Source of the DNA: an uncultured delta proteobacterium
Lineage (GTDB): Bacteria; Myxococcota_A; Polyangia; Fen-1088
Length of the DNA stretch: 64,000 bases
Direction: 5' to 3'
Assembly (NCBI GenBank): GCA_963737265.1
Contig: CAVTRY010000017.1
Location: 48,279 to 112,278, forward strand
Numbering within the stretch: position 1 is the first letter of the stretch; every line of letters starts with the position of its first letter. The translations under genes and the position numbers were made by a program. Shown here one piece after another: positions 1 through 12,417 of this stretch. The notes beneath the pieces were generated by a model, which saw only the letters and a program-made list of their open reading frames with translations, was not told where the DNA came from and did not search any database.

Positions 1-725
<725 letters not shown>

Positions 726-751
726 GGGGGCGGATTTCTAATAACTGGACA

Positions 752-3610
752 TCAGTAGCTCGAGATCGGCGGGCACGCACAGATGAATTGGCGGTCGCCG
801 AGGACATTGTCGAGGCGGCCCACGGGCGGCCAGTATTTGTGCGTGCGCAGATAGGGCAGGGGATAGGCGGCGCGCTCGCGCGGGTAGGGATGGGGCCACT
901 CGGCGGCGAGCAGCACCTCGGCGGTGTGGGGCGCATTCTTGAGCAGATTGCCCTCGCGCGGCTGCGCCTCGCTCTCGATCTCGCGGATCTCTTGCCGAAT
1001 GGCGACCATGGCGTCGCAAAAACGGTCGAGCTCGGTGCGCGATTCGCTTTCGGTCGGTTCGATCATCAGCGTCCCGGGAATGGGGAACGACATGGTCGGG
1101 GCGTGGAAGCCGTAGTCCATGAGCCGCTTGGCCACGTCTTCCGCCTCGATGCCGGCGGACTTCTTCAGCGGACGCAGATCGACAATGCACTCGTGGGCGA
1201 CGCGGCCCTGCTTGCCGCGATAGACGACCGGGTAGTGTTCGTCCAAGCGCTCGGCGATGTAATTCGCGTTCAGAATAGCGATCTTGGTCGCCTGGGTCAG
1301 CCCAGCGGCGCCCATCATGCGGGTATATGCCCATGCGACGAGCAGGATGTTGGCATTGCCCCACGGCGCCGCCGACACCGCGCCGATGGCTTGTTCGGAG
1401 CCGACTTGGATCACGGGGTGACCGGGCAGGAAGGGCACGAGGTGCTGAGCCACGGCGATGGGGCCGGCGCCGGGACCGCCACCGCCGTGGGGACTGGCGA
1501 AGGTCTTGTGCAGGTTGATGTGGCAGACGTCGGCGCCAAGCTCGGCCGGCCGGCACAGTCCGACCTGACCGTTCATGTTGGCGCCGTCCATGTACACCTG
1601 GCCGCCGTGCTCGTGGATGACCGCGCACAGCTTCTGCACGTCTTCCTCGAACACCCCGTGGGTCGACGGGTAGGTCAGCATCAAGGCCGCCAGGCGATCG
1701 GAATGCAGGGTGGCCTTGGCGGTGAGATCGGCCAGATCCACGTTGCCGCCGTCGTCGCACGCCACGACCACGACTTTGCATCCCGCCATCGTCGCCGAGG
1801 CCGGGTTGGTTCCGTGGGCCGACGACGGAATCAAGCACACGTCGCGCTGGCCCTGGCCGAGGCTCGCCTGGTACTTGCGGATGACCAGCAAGCCGGCGTA
1901 TTCGCCCTGCGAGCCGGCATTGGGCTGAAGCGAAACGCCGTCGAATCCGGTAATTTCGCCCAAGAACATTTCCAAGTCCGTCACGATGGCAACGTAGCCC
2001 TCGGCGTACTTGCACGGAACGAAGGGATGGATGCCGTTCCATTCGGGCCAGGTCAGCGGCAGCATTTCAGCCGCAGCGTTGAGCTTCATCGTACACGAGC
2101 CGAGGGGAATCATGGAGTCGGCAAGCGACAAATCCTTGGCCTGCAAGCGGTGCATGTAGCGCAACATCTCGGTTTCCGAGCGGTAGGCCGAAAAGATCGG
2201 GTGCTGCAAGAATGCGCTCGCGCGCGCGAACGCGGGCGGGATGGCCGGCGCGGCTTCGTCGAGCTTGGCCGAGGCCGCGTTGGCGGGCGCCACCACGCGC
2301 ACGATGGCTTCGACCTCCGCGGGCGTGGTGGTTTCGTCAAGGGTGATGGTGAGCGCCGTGTGAGAAAGCTGGCGCAGGCAAATGCCCGAGGCTTCGGCGC
2401 GCGCGTGGCAGGCCGCGATGGCCGGGGCCGTCGCATCGACGCGAACGGTGTCGAAGAGCGACGTCGTCGCGATCCGGACGCCGGCACTGCTCAGCGCCTG
2501 TGCGAGGGTGGCCGCTCGGGTGGCAATCCTGGTCGCGATAGTCCGGATGCCCTCAGCGCCGTGGTAGATGGCGAACATGCTCGCCATGACGGCGGGTAGG
2601 ACCTGCGAGGTGCAGATGTTGCTGGTGGCCTTCTCGCGCCGGATGTGTTGCTCCCGCGTTTGCAAGGCCAGACGGAAGGCGGTGCGACCGTGTGAATCGC
2701 GCGAGACGCCGACGAGGCGGCCGGGCATTTTGCGGGTGTATTCCTTGCGCGTGGCAAAGAACGCCGCGTGCGGACCGCCGTAGCCCGGTGGCAAGCCAAA
2801 CCGCTGCACGCTGCCGAGCGCGACGTCGGCGCCGAATTCTCCCGGCGGCACCAGCAGCGCGAGCGCGAGCAGATCGGCAGCCACGGCCACACGAGCACCC
2901 GCCGCGTGCGCATTGTCGCAGAACCCGCGGTAATCGAACAGCTTGCCGTCGGTGGTCGGGTATTGCACTAGTGCCCCGAACACCTTGGCGGAAAATTCGG
3001 AAAACTCGAATGTGGCGTGGTCGCCGACCACGACTTCGATCCCGCACGATTGGGCGCGCGTGCGCACCACCGCGATGGTCTGCGGGTGGCACAGCTCCGA
3101 AATGAAAAAAGTGTTGGCCTCGTCGTGCTCCGCCAGTCCGGCGAACATGTGCATGGCCTCGGCGGCCGCCGTCGCTTCGTCGAGCAGCGAGGCACCTGCG
3201 ACATCGAGCCCGCACAGACCCATCACCATGGTTTGGAAGTTGAGCAGCGCCTCGAGGCGGCCTTGAGAGATCTCGGCCTGGTAGGGCGTGTAGGCGGTGT
3301 ACCAGCCCGGATTCTCCAGGATGTTGCGCTGGATCACCGGCGGCAGGATGGCGTCGGTGTAGCCCATGCCGATGTAGGCGCGCACGCGCCGGTTGCGGCT
3401 GCCGAGGCGGCGCAGTTCGGTAAGGGCTTCGTGCTCGGACAGGGCGGGCGGCAGGTCGAGCGGATGGCGTGTGCGAATCGACTCGGGCACGGCCTGCCCG
3501 ATCATCTCGTCGAGCGAGGCGGCGCGCACCACGCGCAACATCTCGGCCAGATCCGCTGGTCTCGGGCCGATGTGGCGAAGGATGAACTCGTCCTGGGTTG
3601 TATCGGCCAT
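752..3610 (-). CDS. gcvP: Glycine dehydrogenase (decarboxylating), P protein
   Basis: 952 aa; [44 protein letters not shown] (PLP lysine). Confidence 0.97.
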   Translation of the reverse strand: MADTTQDEFILRHIGPRPADLAEMLRVVRAASLDEMIGQAVPESIRTRHPLDLPPALSEHEALTELRRLGSRNRRVRAYIGMGYTDAILPPVIQRNILENPGWYTAYTPYQAEISQGRLEALLNFQTMVMGLCGLDVAGASLLDEATAAAEAMHMFAGLAEHDEANTFFISELCHPQTIAVVRTRAQSCGIEVVVGDHATFEFSEFSAKVFGALVQYPTTDGKLFDYRGFCDNAHAAGARVAVAADLLALALLVPPGEFGADVALGSVQRFGLPPGYGGPHAAFFATRKEYTRKMPGRLVGVSRDSHGRTAFRLALQTREQHIRREKATSNICTSQVLPAVMASMFAIYHGAEGIRTIATRIATRAATLAQALSSAGVRIATTSLFDTVRVDATAPAIAACHARAEASGICLRQLSHTALTITLDETTTPAEVEAIVRVVAPANAASAKLDEAAPAIPPAFARASAFLQHPIFSAYRSETEMLRYMHRLQAKDLSLADSMIPLGSCTMKLNAAAEMLPLTWPEWNGIHPFVPCKYAEGYVAIVTDLEMFLGEITGFDGVSLQPNAGSQGEYAGLLVIRKYQASLGQGQRDVCLIPSSAHGTNPASATMAGCKVVVVACDDGGNVDLADLTAKATLHSDRLAALMLTYPSTHGVFEEDVQKLCAVIHEHGGQVYMDGANMNGQVGLCRPAELGADVCHINLHKTFASPHGGGGPGAGPIAVAQHLVPFLPGHPVIQVGSEQAIGAVSAAPWGNANILLVAWAYTRMMGAAGLTQATKIAILNANYIAERLDEHYPVVYRGKQGRVAHECIVDLRPLKKSAGIEAEDVAKRLMDYGFHAPTMSFPIPGTLMIEPTESESRTELDRFCDAMVAIRQEIREIESEAQPREGNLLKNAPHTAEVLLAAEWPHPYPRERAAYPLPYLRTHKYWPPVGRLDNVLGDRQFICACPPISSY

Positions 3611-3620
3611 CGTGCGGCTA

Positions 3621-4016
3621 TTAGTCCTCGTTCTCTTTGAGAAAGGCTTCGTAGGTCGTACTGTCCATGAGCTTTTTCAGCTCGTCGGGGTTGGACAGCT
3701 CGATCTGGATCATCCATCCGCCATCGTAGGGATCTTCATTTACATACTCGGGCGAGTCCTGCAGGGTCGTGTTCGCCTTCACGACCTTGCCCGAGACGGG
3801 CGCAAAGAGATCCGACACTGCCTTGACCGACTCGACCGAACCAAAGGCGTCGTGCTGCTTGAGGATTTCGCCCTCGCGCGGAAGGTCGACCTGGGTTACG
3901 TCCCCGAGCTGTCCCACGGCGAATTGCGAGACGCCCACGGTTACCAGGTTGCCTTCCAGGCGTGCCCACTCGTGGTCCTCCGTGTAGAGAAGATCGTTCG
4001 GATACGTGTCGCTCAT
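3621..4016 (-). CDS. gcvH: Glycine cleavage system H protein
   Basis: YTEDHEW, lipoyl motif [26 protein letters not shown]. Confidence 0.97.
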   Translation of the reverse strand: MSDTYPNDLLYTEDHEWARLEGNLVTVGVSQFAVGQLGDVTQVDLPREGEILKQHDAFGSVESVKAVSDLFAPVSGKVVKANTTLQDSPEYVNEDPYDGGWMIQIELSNPDELKKLMDSTTYEAFLKENED

Positions 4017-4031
4017 GTTCGTTGCTGGCTC

Positions 4032-5156
4032 CTACGTGTTTTGCCGTCGGTAGAACGGCCCTTGGATGACTTCTGCTTGCGCGGGCTTGCCGCGACAGTC
4101 GATGACGATGCGCGTGCCGGGTTTGGAGTGGCTGGTAGGCAGGTAGCCCATGCCGATGTTCTTGCCGACCGTGGGGCCGACGGTGCCCGAGGTGACTTCG
4201 CCCAGGCGCGCACCGCTTTGCACGTCGGTAATGGCATAGCCGTGTCGGGCGATGCCACGCTCGCGCATCTCGAATCCAACTAGTTTGCGCGCGAGCCCGG
4301 CGGCCTGTTGGCGCAGCAGCGCCGGCTTGCCGATGAAATCCCCAGCGTCGAACTTGACGACCCAGCCGAGCCCGGCCTCGAGCGGCGTCGTGGTGTCGGA
4401 GAGATCGTTGCCGTACAGGCTTAGCCGCGCTTCCAGGCGAAGGGTGTCGCGCGCGCCGAGGCCGACCGGGCGGCCACCGACGGATCCGGCGGCCGCGACG
4501 AGCGCGTCCCACAGAAACACCGCGTCGTCCGGCGAGCCGAAGATTTCAAAACCGTCCTCGCCGGTGTATCCCGTGCGTGCAATCCAAGAGGGTTTCCCCG
4601 CCACGTGCTTGCCGGTGACGAAGTAAAATGGGGGCAGCGCCGCGAGGTCGGCATCGGTCAGGCCCGCCAAGACCGCCGCGGCCTTGGGGCCTTGAAATGC
4701 AATGAGCGAGGTCGCGTCGGACTCGTTGCTGATCTGGCAGACCGCACCGACATTGTCCACGAAATGCCTGTAGTCTTTGTCGATGTTGGAGGCGTTGACG
4801 ACGATGAGGAAGTGGTCGTCGGCAACGCGGTAGACGATGAGGTCGTCCACGATGCCGCCCTCCGGATGGCAGGCGACTGCGTACATGGCGCGGCCGTCGC
4901 GCATGCTGCCGACGTTGTTGGTGACCAAGCGCTGCACCGCTTCAGCAGCGCGCTGGCCTCGAAAATGGATTTCGCCCATGTGGCAGACGTCGAAGACGCC
5001 GACCGCGGCGCGCGTGGCCTTGTGTTCGTCGATGATGCCGGCGGGGTAGTTGACCGGCATCAGCCACCCGCCGAAGTCGATCAGTTTTGCGCCGAGACGC
5101 TGATGAGCGCCGTAGAGCGGCGTTTTCCTAGCTGGACTGCTGCTGGGGGTCCCCAT
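4032..5156 (-). CDS. gcvT: Glycine cleavage system aminomethyltransferase T
   Basis: FGGWLMPVNY, FDVCHMGE, RTGYTGEDGFE, GLGARDTLRLEA. Confidence 0.97.
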   Translation of the reverse strand: MGTPSSSPARKTPLYGAHQRLGAKLIDFGGWLMPVNYPAGIIDEHKATRAAVGVFDVCHMGEIHFRGQRAAEAVQRLVTNNVGSMRDGRAMYAVACHPEGGIVDDLIVYRVADDHFLIVVNASNIDKDYRHFVDNVGAVCQISNESDATSLIAFQGPKAAAVLAGLTDADLAALPPFYFVTGKHVAGKPSWIARTGYTGEDGFEIFGSPDDAVFLWDALVAAAGSVGGRPVGLGARDTLRLEARLSLYGNDLSDTTTPLEAGLGWVVKFDAGDFIGKPALLRQQAAGLARKLVGFEMRERGIARHGYAITDVQSGARLGEVTSGTVGPTVGKNIGMGYLPTSHSKPGTRIVIDCRGKPAQAEVIQGPFYRRQNT

Positions 5157-5366
5157 GGGCGGACGCGATCATGCGGAAAAGCGCCGCCAGGCACAAGCGA
5201 AAGTACAGGAAGTTGAAGAAAGTTGGGCGAGGCGCGCGATAACTTGCCAGTCGCGGTTGACGGCCGTTGGCGCGGCCCCTATTGTCAGGCAAAAGTTGAT
5301 GGTTGCGGTGTCGAGGCTAGCCCTTAGTTGCTTAGGACCGTCATGCACGGAGGCTATGCGGAGGTA

Positions 5367-8348
5367 ATGATGACCGGCGAAGATCCCGAAAACCAGGCTG
5401 ACCAGGCGCAGATGACCGCCGAAGAGTATCGGCAGGTGGGTCACGCGCTCGCGCGTGAAGGGAAGTGGGAGGATCTGGCCGCGCTGTTCATCGAACGCGC
5501 GGAAAGCTCAGGCAACGTCGGCGATCGCGTGCGCTACCTGGTGGACGCCGCCCAGGTGTTCGAGAAAAACCTGGGAGACACCGATCGTGCGTACATTACC
5601 TTGCTGGCTGCGTTCCAGGATGATCCGTCGAGCGAGGAAGCCGCCACGGAGCTGGCGCGCGTGACCGCGGCGCTTGGCCGTTTTCCCGATCTGCTGGCGG
5701 ATTGCATGGCGGTGGCGGCGCAGTTGTCGCCGTCCGAAAAGCAGGCGGCGATGTACGTCGTCATGGCCAACTGGTATCGGGACCACGTCGGTGACCCGGC
5801 TTCGTCCGAGCAGGCCATGGAGGCGGCGCTGGCGGCCGATCCGACCAATCTCGCCGCCTTGCGCTCGCTGGTTGATAGCCGCAAGCTGGCCGGCGACCAC
5901 CCGCGCGCGGCGGCCTACCTGGCGAACGCAGCCGGCGCCATGCGCGATGTCGAGCTGCGCGTCCAGCTTGGGCTCGAAGCGGCGGAGATCTACCGTTCGC
6001 ATCTTGCGGACCGCGACGCGGCCGGCGAACAGTACCGCCGCGTGCTGGAAGTGGCGCCGGAGAATCGCGCCGCCGCGGAAGCCCTGGGGGAAATCGGCTG
6101 GGAACGCAAGGACTGGTCGACGGTGCTTCCCCTGTTCGAGATGCTGGCGGTAAGTGGAGAGGGTGGGGCGCCAGCGGCGCGCATGTTCCAACGGGCAGGT
6201 TGGGCGGCGCAGATGCTGGGTGACAACGAACGCGCACGTGCCAACTATCGCAACGCCCACGCGGCGGATGCCAGCTACCTGCCGGCGCTTCTTCGCTGGG
6301 CGGCGCTGGCCTTGGCTGAAAAGTGGTGGCAGGACGCGATCGTGGCGGTGCCGGCGGTTCTGGCCCGCTCGGATGCTGGTCTGACGGCGGAGGAACAAGT
6401 CGAGCACCTCGAAGGTCTCGGCCAGGCGCGGTTGGCGCTTGGCGATGCGGCGGCCGCCGCCGCGGCGTTCACTCAGGCGTTGGCCAGCGCGCCTGACAAC
6501 ACCGCGTGCCGGGAGGGCCTGGCGCACGCCCACGAGAGGCTCTCGGACGCCGGGCCGGACGCCGCCCGGGCCGTGATCGAACAGCAACGACTGCTGATCG
6601 AGGGCGCCGCCAAGCCGGAAGAGAAGCTCGAGATTCTGGCCGGGATCGCCCGCAGCCAACGCGATTCGCTCGGCGACGTGAACGCGGCGCTGCGGACCTA
6701 CTTCGAGATGTTGGCGCTCAAGACCGACGATCCGGTCACGTTGCACGAGGTGCTGGAGATCCACACCAACGCGCGCGAGTGGCCGCGGGCGGTGGAAATC
6801 TTGGAGCGCATGGTGCGCGTCGAAACCGGCAAGCCGAGGGCGCGCTATCTCGTGGCCATGGGCAACATCCTCAACTACGAGATGGGAGCCACCGAGCGAG
6901 CGATCGAGGTCTACAATCTTGTCCTCGACGAGGATCTGGACGACGAGCGTACCTTCGGGCGCATCGAGCGGCTTCTGACGGCGCAGAACGCCTGGCGCGA
7001 GCTGGCGCGCAACTACCGGCGCATGATCAAGCGCTTGGGTGCAACGCCGCCGGCGGCGAAGAAAGCCCAGCTGCTCGCCTTGTGGCGGAAGCTCGGCGAC
7101 GTCTGCCGGCGCCGGCTGCACGAGCGAGAGTCGGCCGTGGCTGCCTATGAGGTTTGCGCCCAACTGGACCCGGACGACCGCCGCTATCAAGAGGTCCTGG
7201 CGGAAACCTACGAGGTGCTGGGGGCGCCCAAGCTGAACCAGGCCATCAAGGCGCGCGAAGCGCTACTCGAGTCTTCGCCCGACTTCGAGGAAATGGCGAA
7301 GCACATCCGTGCGCTGGCGCGCCTGTTCGGCAAGCACAAGATGTACGACCGGCTGCACTGCACGAGCGCCGCCTTGGTGGCCATGGGGCATGCCATTCCC
7401 CAAGAGCAGGCGTTCTACGAGCGGACGGCAACGCCGGAGATTCCACACGCCTCGGTGCCGTTGGCCGAAAACATGTGGCAGCGTTTCGTGTCGAGCCCAC
7501 GGCAAGAATGGTGCGTTTCTCATGTGCTGGCCCTGGTCAGCGCCGGCGTGGCGATGGCGCGCGCCAAGGACGCGGCGACGCTCGGGCTTAACCCCGCCGA
7601 AAAAGTCGATCTGGCGAGCGATCAGTCCTCGGTGGGAAAGCTGATAGGCTATGCCAGTCGATTGCTCGGCGTCGCGCTGCCGCCGGTGTACGTATCGTCC
7701 CAATTCCAGGGCGAGCTAGAGCTGCGCATCGTGCTGGAAGGGCAGCAGGTGGTGCCGTCATTCTTGCTTGGGCAGAATCTGCTGGCCGACCGCACGGAAA
7801 AGGATCTGGCCTTCTTCCTCGCCCGGCGCCTGGTTCGCCTGCGCGCCGACCAATTCCTGCTTTCGCCCGAAGCTGTACCGTCGCTCGAGGAGCTGCGCGT
7901 GATCGTCGCCGCCGCCGTACAGCTGGTTCACCCCGAATTCACGCTGGCGGGAACGGACGGGGCATCGGTACGACAATACGTCGGCTACCTTCGCCGGACG
8001 GTGCAGCCGCTGACCGTCGCGTCGGCGACGGCGGCCATCGAACAAATCGTGGTCGAGCCCGGTCGGGTCGATTTGCGCGCGTGGGCCGACGGCGCCAACC
8101 AAAGTGCCGACAGAGCCGCGCTTCTCCTGTGTGGCGACGTCGTCTCCGGGGTTCGAGAGCTGCTGCGTTCGGCGGACGTCCAGAGCCGGGATGTGGAATC
8201 GGCGGTCAAGGACCTCATCCGTTGGAGCGTGTCCGCCGATCACCTCGATCTGCGCGAACAGCTTGGCCTTTCGACCGAGGTGGGCGACGCCCCGCCGGTT
8301 CGGCAAGTCGAGCCATTTCCGCGTCGGCCGGTGCGGCCAGCGGAGTAG
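5367..8348 (+). CDS. Large tetratricopeptide-repeat protein (myxobacterial type)
   Basis: ~990 aa Ala/Leu-rich helical repeats (e.g. YRRVLEVAPENRAAAEAL); C-terminal ADRAALLLCGD motif; GGAGG upstream of ATG 5367. Confidence 0.75.
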   Translation: MMTGEDPENQADQAQMTAEEYRQVGHALAREGKWEDLAALFIERAESSGNVGDRVRYLVDAAQVFEKNLGDTDRAYITLLAAFQDDPSSEEAATELARVTAALGRFPDLLADCMAVAAQLSPSEKQAAMYVVMANWYRDHVGDPASSEQAMEAALAADPTNLAALRSLVDSRKLAGDHPRAAAYLANAAGAMRDVELRVQLGLEAAEIYRSHLADRDAAGEQYRRVLEVAPENRAAAEALGEIGWERKDWSTVLPLFEMLAVSGEGGAPAARMFQRAGWAAQMLGDNERARANYRNAHAADASYLPALLRWAALALAEKWWQDAIVAVPAVLARSDAGLTAEEQVEHLEGLGQARLALGDAAAAAAAFTQALASAPDNTACREGLAHAHERLSDAGPDAARAVIEQQRLLIEGAAKPEEKLEILAGIARSQRDSLGDVNAALRTYFEMLALKTDDPVTLHEVLEIHTNAREWPRAVEILERMVRVETGKPRARYLVAMGNILNYEMGATERAIEVYNLVLDEDLDDERTFGRIERLLTAQNAWRELARNYRRMIKRLGATPPAAKKAQLLALWRKLGDVCRRRLHERESAVAAYEVCAQLDPDDRRYQEVLAETYEVLGAPKLNQAIKAREALLESSPDFEEMAKHIRALARLFGKHKMYDRLHCTSAALVAMGHAIPQEQAFYERTATPEIPHASVPLAENMWQRFVSSPRQEWCVSHVLALVSAGVAMARAKDAATLGLNPAEKVDLASDQSSVGKLIGYASRLLGVALPPVYVSSQFQGELELRIVLEGQQVVPSFLLGQNLLADRTEKDLAFFLARRLVRLRADQFLLSPEAVPSLEELRVIVAAAVQLVHPEFTLAGTDGASVRQYVGYLRRTVQPLTVASATAAIEQIVVEPGRVDLRAWADGANQSADRAALLLCGDVVSGVRELLRSADVQSRDVESAVKDLIRWSVSADHLDLREQLGLSTEVGDAPPVRQVEPFPRRPVRPAE

Positions 8349-8411
8349 TGGCAGTCGGTCTGGCGCGGGAAATGGACGCCGGCTCGTGCGGCGGCTAAGG
8401 TCGACGCTAAA

Positions 8412-10022
8412 GTGGCCGGCACGCTCCGTTCATCCGCCAACGTCAGCTTGGCGATCCTCGCATCGCGGGTGCTCGGCGTTGCGCGCGATTCCATCTTCGC
8501 GCGCGTCTTCGGGGTGAGCGCCCTGACCGACGCGTACGTGGCGGCGTTTCGAATTCCCAACCTGCTGCGCGACTTGTTCGCGGAAGGAGCGCTGTCGAGC
8601 GCCTTCGTGCCGACCTTCAGCGACGCCATGGCCAAGGGCGGGCGAGAGCGGGCCTATCGGCTCGGCAACCTCGTTTTGGGCGGTATCCTGCTGGTCACGG
8701 GGACGATCACTCTGGCCGGCTTGGTCTGGGCCGATGCCATCATCTCGCTCATTACGCGCGGCTTCGCTGGCAACGCCAGCCAAGTGGCGACGGGCGGCCT
8801 CCTAGCCCAGATCATGATGCCGATCCTGACCTTCGTCAGCGTCAGCGCCGTGTGGATGGGCATGCTGAACGCCCAGCAGCGCTATCTCGCCCCGGCCTAC
8901 GCGCCCGCCATGTTCAACGTCACCAGCATCGCCTGCGGTGTGGTGCTGCTCGTTCTCCATTGCTCCGAGCGCACCGGAATCATCGTCTGGAGCTCTGGCA
9001 CCGCGGTGGCGGGCCTGGTTCAAGCCGTGGTGCAACTTCCCAGCCTCCGCCGGCTCGGCTACCGCGTGCGGCCCACCTTGGCTGGGTTGCTACGCGACGT
9101 GGACGTCCGGCGCATCGTGCGCTTGATGGGTCCCGCCACGGTCGGCCTGGCCGCGATTCAGATCAATGTTTTCGTCAACACCCAGTACGCGGCGGCCCTG
9201 GGCAGCGGGCCGCTGACCTATTTGCAGAACGCTTTTCGTCTGTTCTATCTCCCCGTCGGCCTGTTTGGCGTCGCGCTCGCCACGGTGACGACGGCGCGGG
9301 CATCCGCCGAGGCGGCGCGTGGCGACCGTGAGGCATTGATCGACCGCGTGTCCGACGGCGCGCGCGGCGTGTGGCTTTTGGCTTTGCCCTCGGCGGTGGG
9401 GCTGGTGGTGCTTGCCAAGCCGGTCGTGCAGCTGCTTTTTCAAGGCGGCAAGTTTCTGCCCGTGCACACAGCGGCAACCGTGCCGATCGTTCAGGCCTAC
9501 ATGCTGGGGGTGTTGCCCTACAGCCTGGTGAAGGTTTTCGCGCCGGCTTTCTTCGCCGTCGACCGGCCGCGCATTCCCATGATCGCGTCGCTGTCGGCCG
9601 TCGTCGCCAATCTCATCTTCAACAGCTTGACCTACCGCCTGCTGGGTGCGGCCGGGCTGGCGCTGGGCACAACCGTGGCCGCGCTGGTAAACCTTTGCAT
9701 TTTGCGCTTGTGGTTTGGCCGCGTGCTGGGACGGCCGGGCAAGCCCGGGTGGCTGCGCGATATCGCGCTGATGGTTGTGGCAAACGCCGTGCTCGCGCTC
9801 GTGGCCCTGGGGGTGTGGGCAGGCGCCATGCGCGCGCTGGCGGCACTTCCCGTGGTTTGGCCGAGAGGCACCTTTCGCATCGTCCACGGCATCGTGCTGC
9901 TGGCCACGATTGGCATCGGTTTCTCGACCTACGTCGCCTGTCTTCGCCTCTTCCGGCTGCGCGGGGCGGATGAGCTGTGGAATCTGCCCCGCAAGGCGCT
10001 GCGGCGCCTCGTCTCTCGCTAG
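8412..10022 (+). CDS. murJ: Lipid II flippase MurJ (MviN)
   Basis: SRVLGVARD, AFRIPNLLRDLFAEGALSSAFVP; many TM helices. Confidence 0.95.
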   Translation: MAGTLRSSANVSLAILASRVLGVARDSIFARVFGVSALTDAYVAAFRIPNLLRDLFAEGALSSAFVPTFSDAMAKGGRERAYRLGNLVLGGILLVTGTITLAGLVWADAIISLITRGFAGNASQVATGGLLAQIMMPILTFVSVSAVWMGMLNAQQRYLAPAYAPAMFNVTSIACGVVLLVLHCSERTGIIVWSSGTAVAGLVQAVVQLPSLRRLGYRVRPTLAGLLRDVDVRRIVRLMGPATVGLAAIQINVFVNTQYAAALGSGPLTYLQNAFRLFYLPVGLFGVALATVTTARASAEAARGDREALIDRVSDGARGVWLLALPSAVGLVVLAKPVVQLLFQGGKFLPVHTAATVPIVQAYMLGVLPYSLVKVFAPAFFAVDRPRIPMIASLSAVVANLIFNSLTYRLLGAAGLALGTTVAALVNLCILRLWFGRVLGRPGKPGWLRDIALMVVANAVLALVALGVWAGAMRALAALPVVWPRGTFRIVHGIVLLATIGIGFSTYVACLRLFRLRGADELWNLPRKALRRLVSR

Positions 10023-10088
10023 CCGGTCTCCTCTCTCCCTGCGAACAGGGCGCCTGGTTGCCCAACTCGCAGCATCTCTGACGAGCCC

Positions 10089-10733
10089 TTACTTCCGCTT
10101 CTGGCGCGGTCCTGGCCGGGCAAAAAAGGCCACCTTTTCCAAGGCAACGGTCATGTCGATGTTTTCGATGTGAATTCTTTCGTGCATTCGTAAACAAACC
10201 GGGGCGAAATTCAAGATGCCGGTGACTCCCGCGGCGACCAGGTGCTCGGCCGCCTGCTGGGCCTGCTCCGCGGGCACCGTGATGATGGCGACGTCGATGC
10301 CCTTTTCCTCGATCACATCCGGCATCTGGCGAACCGAGTAGCAGTGCACGTCGCTGAAACTAAGACCAATTTTGTCCAGATCGACGTCGAACGCCGCCAC
10401 GAGGTGGATCTTGGGCGAACGGTTGGCGAGGAAGGCCGCGATGGCGCGGCCGAGGTATCCCATGCCGACGATGGCGACCGCGCGGGCTTCTTGCGGATCG
10501 AGAAATGCCGCGAGGGAAGTCAGCAGCCGCTTGACGTCGTAGCCGCTGTTTGGGTTTCCGCTGTAGCCGATGGCCATCAGATCGCGGCGCACTTGCGCCG
10601 CCGTCAGCTGGCAAGCATGCGCAAGTTGATGAGAGAAGACACTTGGACCAAAGTCTTGTCGGCCCTGCAAAAGCGCGCGCCGGTAGATGCTCAGACGCTC
10701 GACACTGCGAGTGGAGATTCTTCGTTTCTTCAT
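10089..10733 (-). CDS. rex: Redox-sensing transcriptional repressor Rex
   Basis: RLSIYRRAL, AQVRRDL..G..GY wHTH; Rossmann GMGYLGRAIA; GILNFAP. Confidence 0.93.
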   Translation of the reverse strand: MKKRRISTRSVERLSIYRRALLQGRQDFGPSVFSHQLAHACQLTAAQVRRDLMAIGYSGNPNSGYDVKRLLTSLAAFLDPQEARAVAIVGMGYLGRAIAAFLANRSPKIHLVAAFDVDLDKIGLSFSDVHCYSVRQMPDVIEEKGIDVAIITVPAEQAQQAAEHLVAAGVTGILNFAPVCLRMHERIHIENIDMTVALEKVAFFARPGPRQKRK

Positions 10734-10917
10734 CGTTCGAGTCGTGCCTCAAGACCCGCCGGATCAGGCGGAAAGTGACAGGGGATATATCGTACCTGGC
10801 TCCTCTGCTGAGCGACAATTACATCTCCCCAAAGACGACAGCTACGTCGCCCCGCTTTGAGGCGCGACGGTGACCGTGAGGTAGACCTCCAAGCCCGCAA
10901 GCGGGCAGGAGGCACCT

Positions 10918-12417
10918 TTGAAGCCGGTCACCGACGCCCAAGTGAGGCGTTTGATGGAAGAGATGAGCAAGATTGGAAAAGTAGGCCAGGCCGCCATGAA
11001 GGCGGGCATGGACCGGAAGACAGGGCGGCGATACATCGCCGCGGGCAAGCTACCGTCGGAGCTACGGCAGCCGCGGTGGTGGCGGACGCGCCCTGACGCG
11101 TTCGCCGAGGACTGGCCAGCCGTGGCCAAGTTGCTGGAGGAAACGCCTGGGCTGGAGGCTCAGACGGTGCTGGAGCTGCTGGAGGCGAAGCAGCCAGGGC
11201 GGTACAACGAGAGCCATCTTCGGACAATGCAGCGGCGAATCCGTCGCTGGCGGGCCGAGCATGGTCCTGCGCGTGAGATTTGGTTCACGCAGGCGCATCG
11301 GCCCGGTGAAGCCGCGCAAACCGACTTCACGTCGACGGCGGAGCTTGGTGTGACGATCGTGGGCCAGCTATTTGTGCACCTTTTGTGCGTGACGGTGCTG
11401 CCGTACTCGAACTGGCAATGGGCGACCGCGTGTCTGTCGGAGTCTCTGGCAGCGCTTCGGCGAGGGATCCAGTCGGCGCTGTTCCAGCTTGGGCGGGTGC
11501 CGCGATACCACCAAACCGACCACTCGACGGCGGCGACACATCAGATCGCTCGCGATGCGGAAGATCGCACTTTCAACGATGAATACAAGGCGGTCATGCG
11601 GCACCTCGGAATGGAGCCACGAACTACAGCCGTCGGGGCCAAGGAACAAAACGGCGATGTGGAGGCCAGCAACGGCGCGCTCAAGCGTCGGCTTGAACAA
11701 GCGTTGCTGGTGCGTGGCAGCCGCGACTTCGCGGACCAAGACGACTACGAACGCTTCGTAGCCAAGGTGGTCCGCAAAGCCAACGCTTCGCGAGGCCCGC
11801 GCGTCGCCGAGGAGATCGAAGCCATGCGGCCGCTGGTGGTGGAGCGTTTGCCGGAGTACGCAGAAATGACGGCACCTGTGGCGTCGACGAGCACCATCCG
11901 GGTCAAGTCGTGCGCCTACTCGGTGCCGTCGAGGCTGATCGGCGCACGGGTGAGAGTCCGCGTGTTCGAGCACCGAATCGAGGTGTACTACGCCGACAAC
12001 TTGGAATTGGCCTGCGACAGGCTGCGAGGCAAGACCGCGCGCATCGACTACCGGCACGTCATCTGGTCTTTGGTGCGCAAGCCGGGCGCGTTTTCTCGCT
12101 ACGTCTACCGAGAAGAGCTGTTTCCAAGCGTGACTTTCAGGCGGGCATACGACGCGATCCAGGCGACCAAGCCTGGAATCAAAGGCGACGTTGAATACCT
12201 GCGCATTCTTCACCTGGCCGCCAGCACGATGGAAGCCGATGTCGAGCAAGCGCTCACGACTCTGCTTGCCGATGGGACCATCTTGACGGCGGATGCAACC
12301 AAGAAGAGATGCACACAGGCGACGGACAGTACCTATCCACCGAGCGTCCCCGCGCTCGAAGCACCGCTGGTCGATCTCGCGTCCTACGACCTGCTCCTCG
12401 AACAGGTGGCATCATGA
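10918..12417 (+). CDS. istA: IS21 transposase IstA
   Basis: N-terminal HTH, PGEAAQTDF, QTDHS, NGDVEASN (DDE), YSVPSRLIG. Confidence 0.93.
   Translation: MKPVTDAQVRRLMEEMSKIGKVGQAAMKAGMDRKTGRRYIAAGKLPSELRQPRWWRTRPDAFAEDWPAVAKLLEETPGLEAQTVLELLEAKQPGRYNESHLRTMQRRIRRWRAEHGPAREIWFTQAHRPGEAAQTDFTSTAELGVTIVGQLFVHLLCVTVLPYSNWQWATACLSESLAALRRGIQSALFQLGRVPRYHQTDHSTAATHQIARDAEDRTFNDEYKAVMRHLGMEPRTTAVGAKEQNGDVEASNGALKRRLEQALLVRGSRDFADQDDYERFVAKVVRKANASRGPRVAEEIEAMRPLVVERLPEYAEMTAPVASTSTIRVKSCAYSVPSRLIGARVRVRVFEHRIEVYYADNLELACDRLRGKTARIDYRHVIWSLVRKPGAFSRYVYREELFPSVTFRRAYDAIQATKPGIKGDVEYLRILHLAASTMEADVEQALTTLLADGTILTADATKKRCTQATDSTYPPSVPALEAPLVDLASYDLLLEQVAS

Noticed and set aside
5157-5366. Glycine riboswitch upstream of gcvT
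   Set aside because: Short divergent intergenic region without recognisable glycine aptamer motifs
788-7190. Long antisense ORFs (603 aa at 788, 560 aa at 5508) and similar shadow ORFs elsewhere
   Set aside because: Expected on the opposite strand of real genes in high-GC DNA; no motifs
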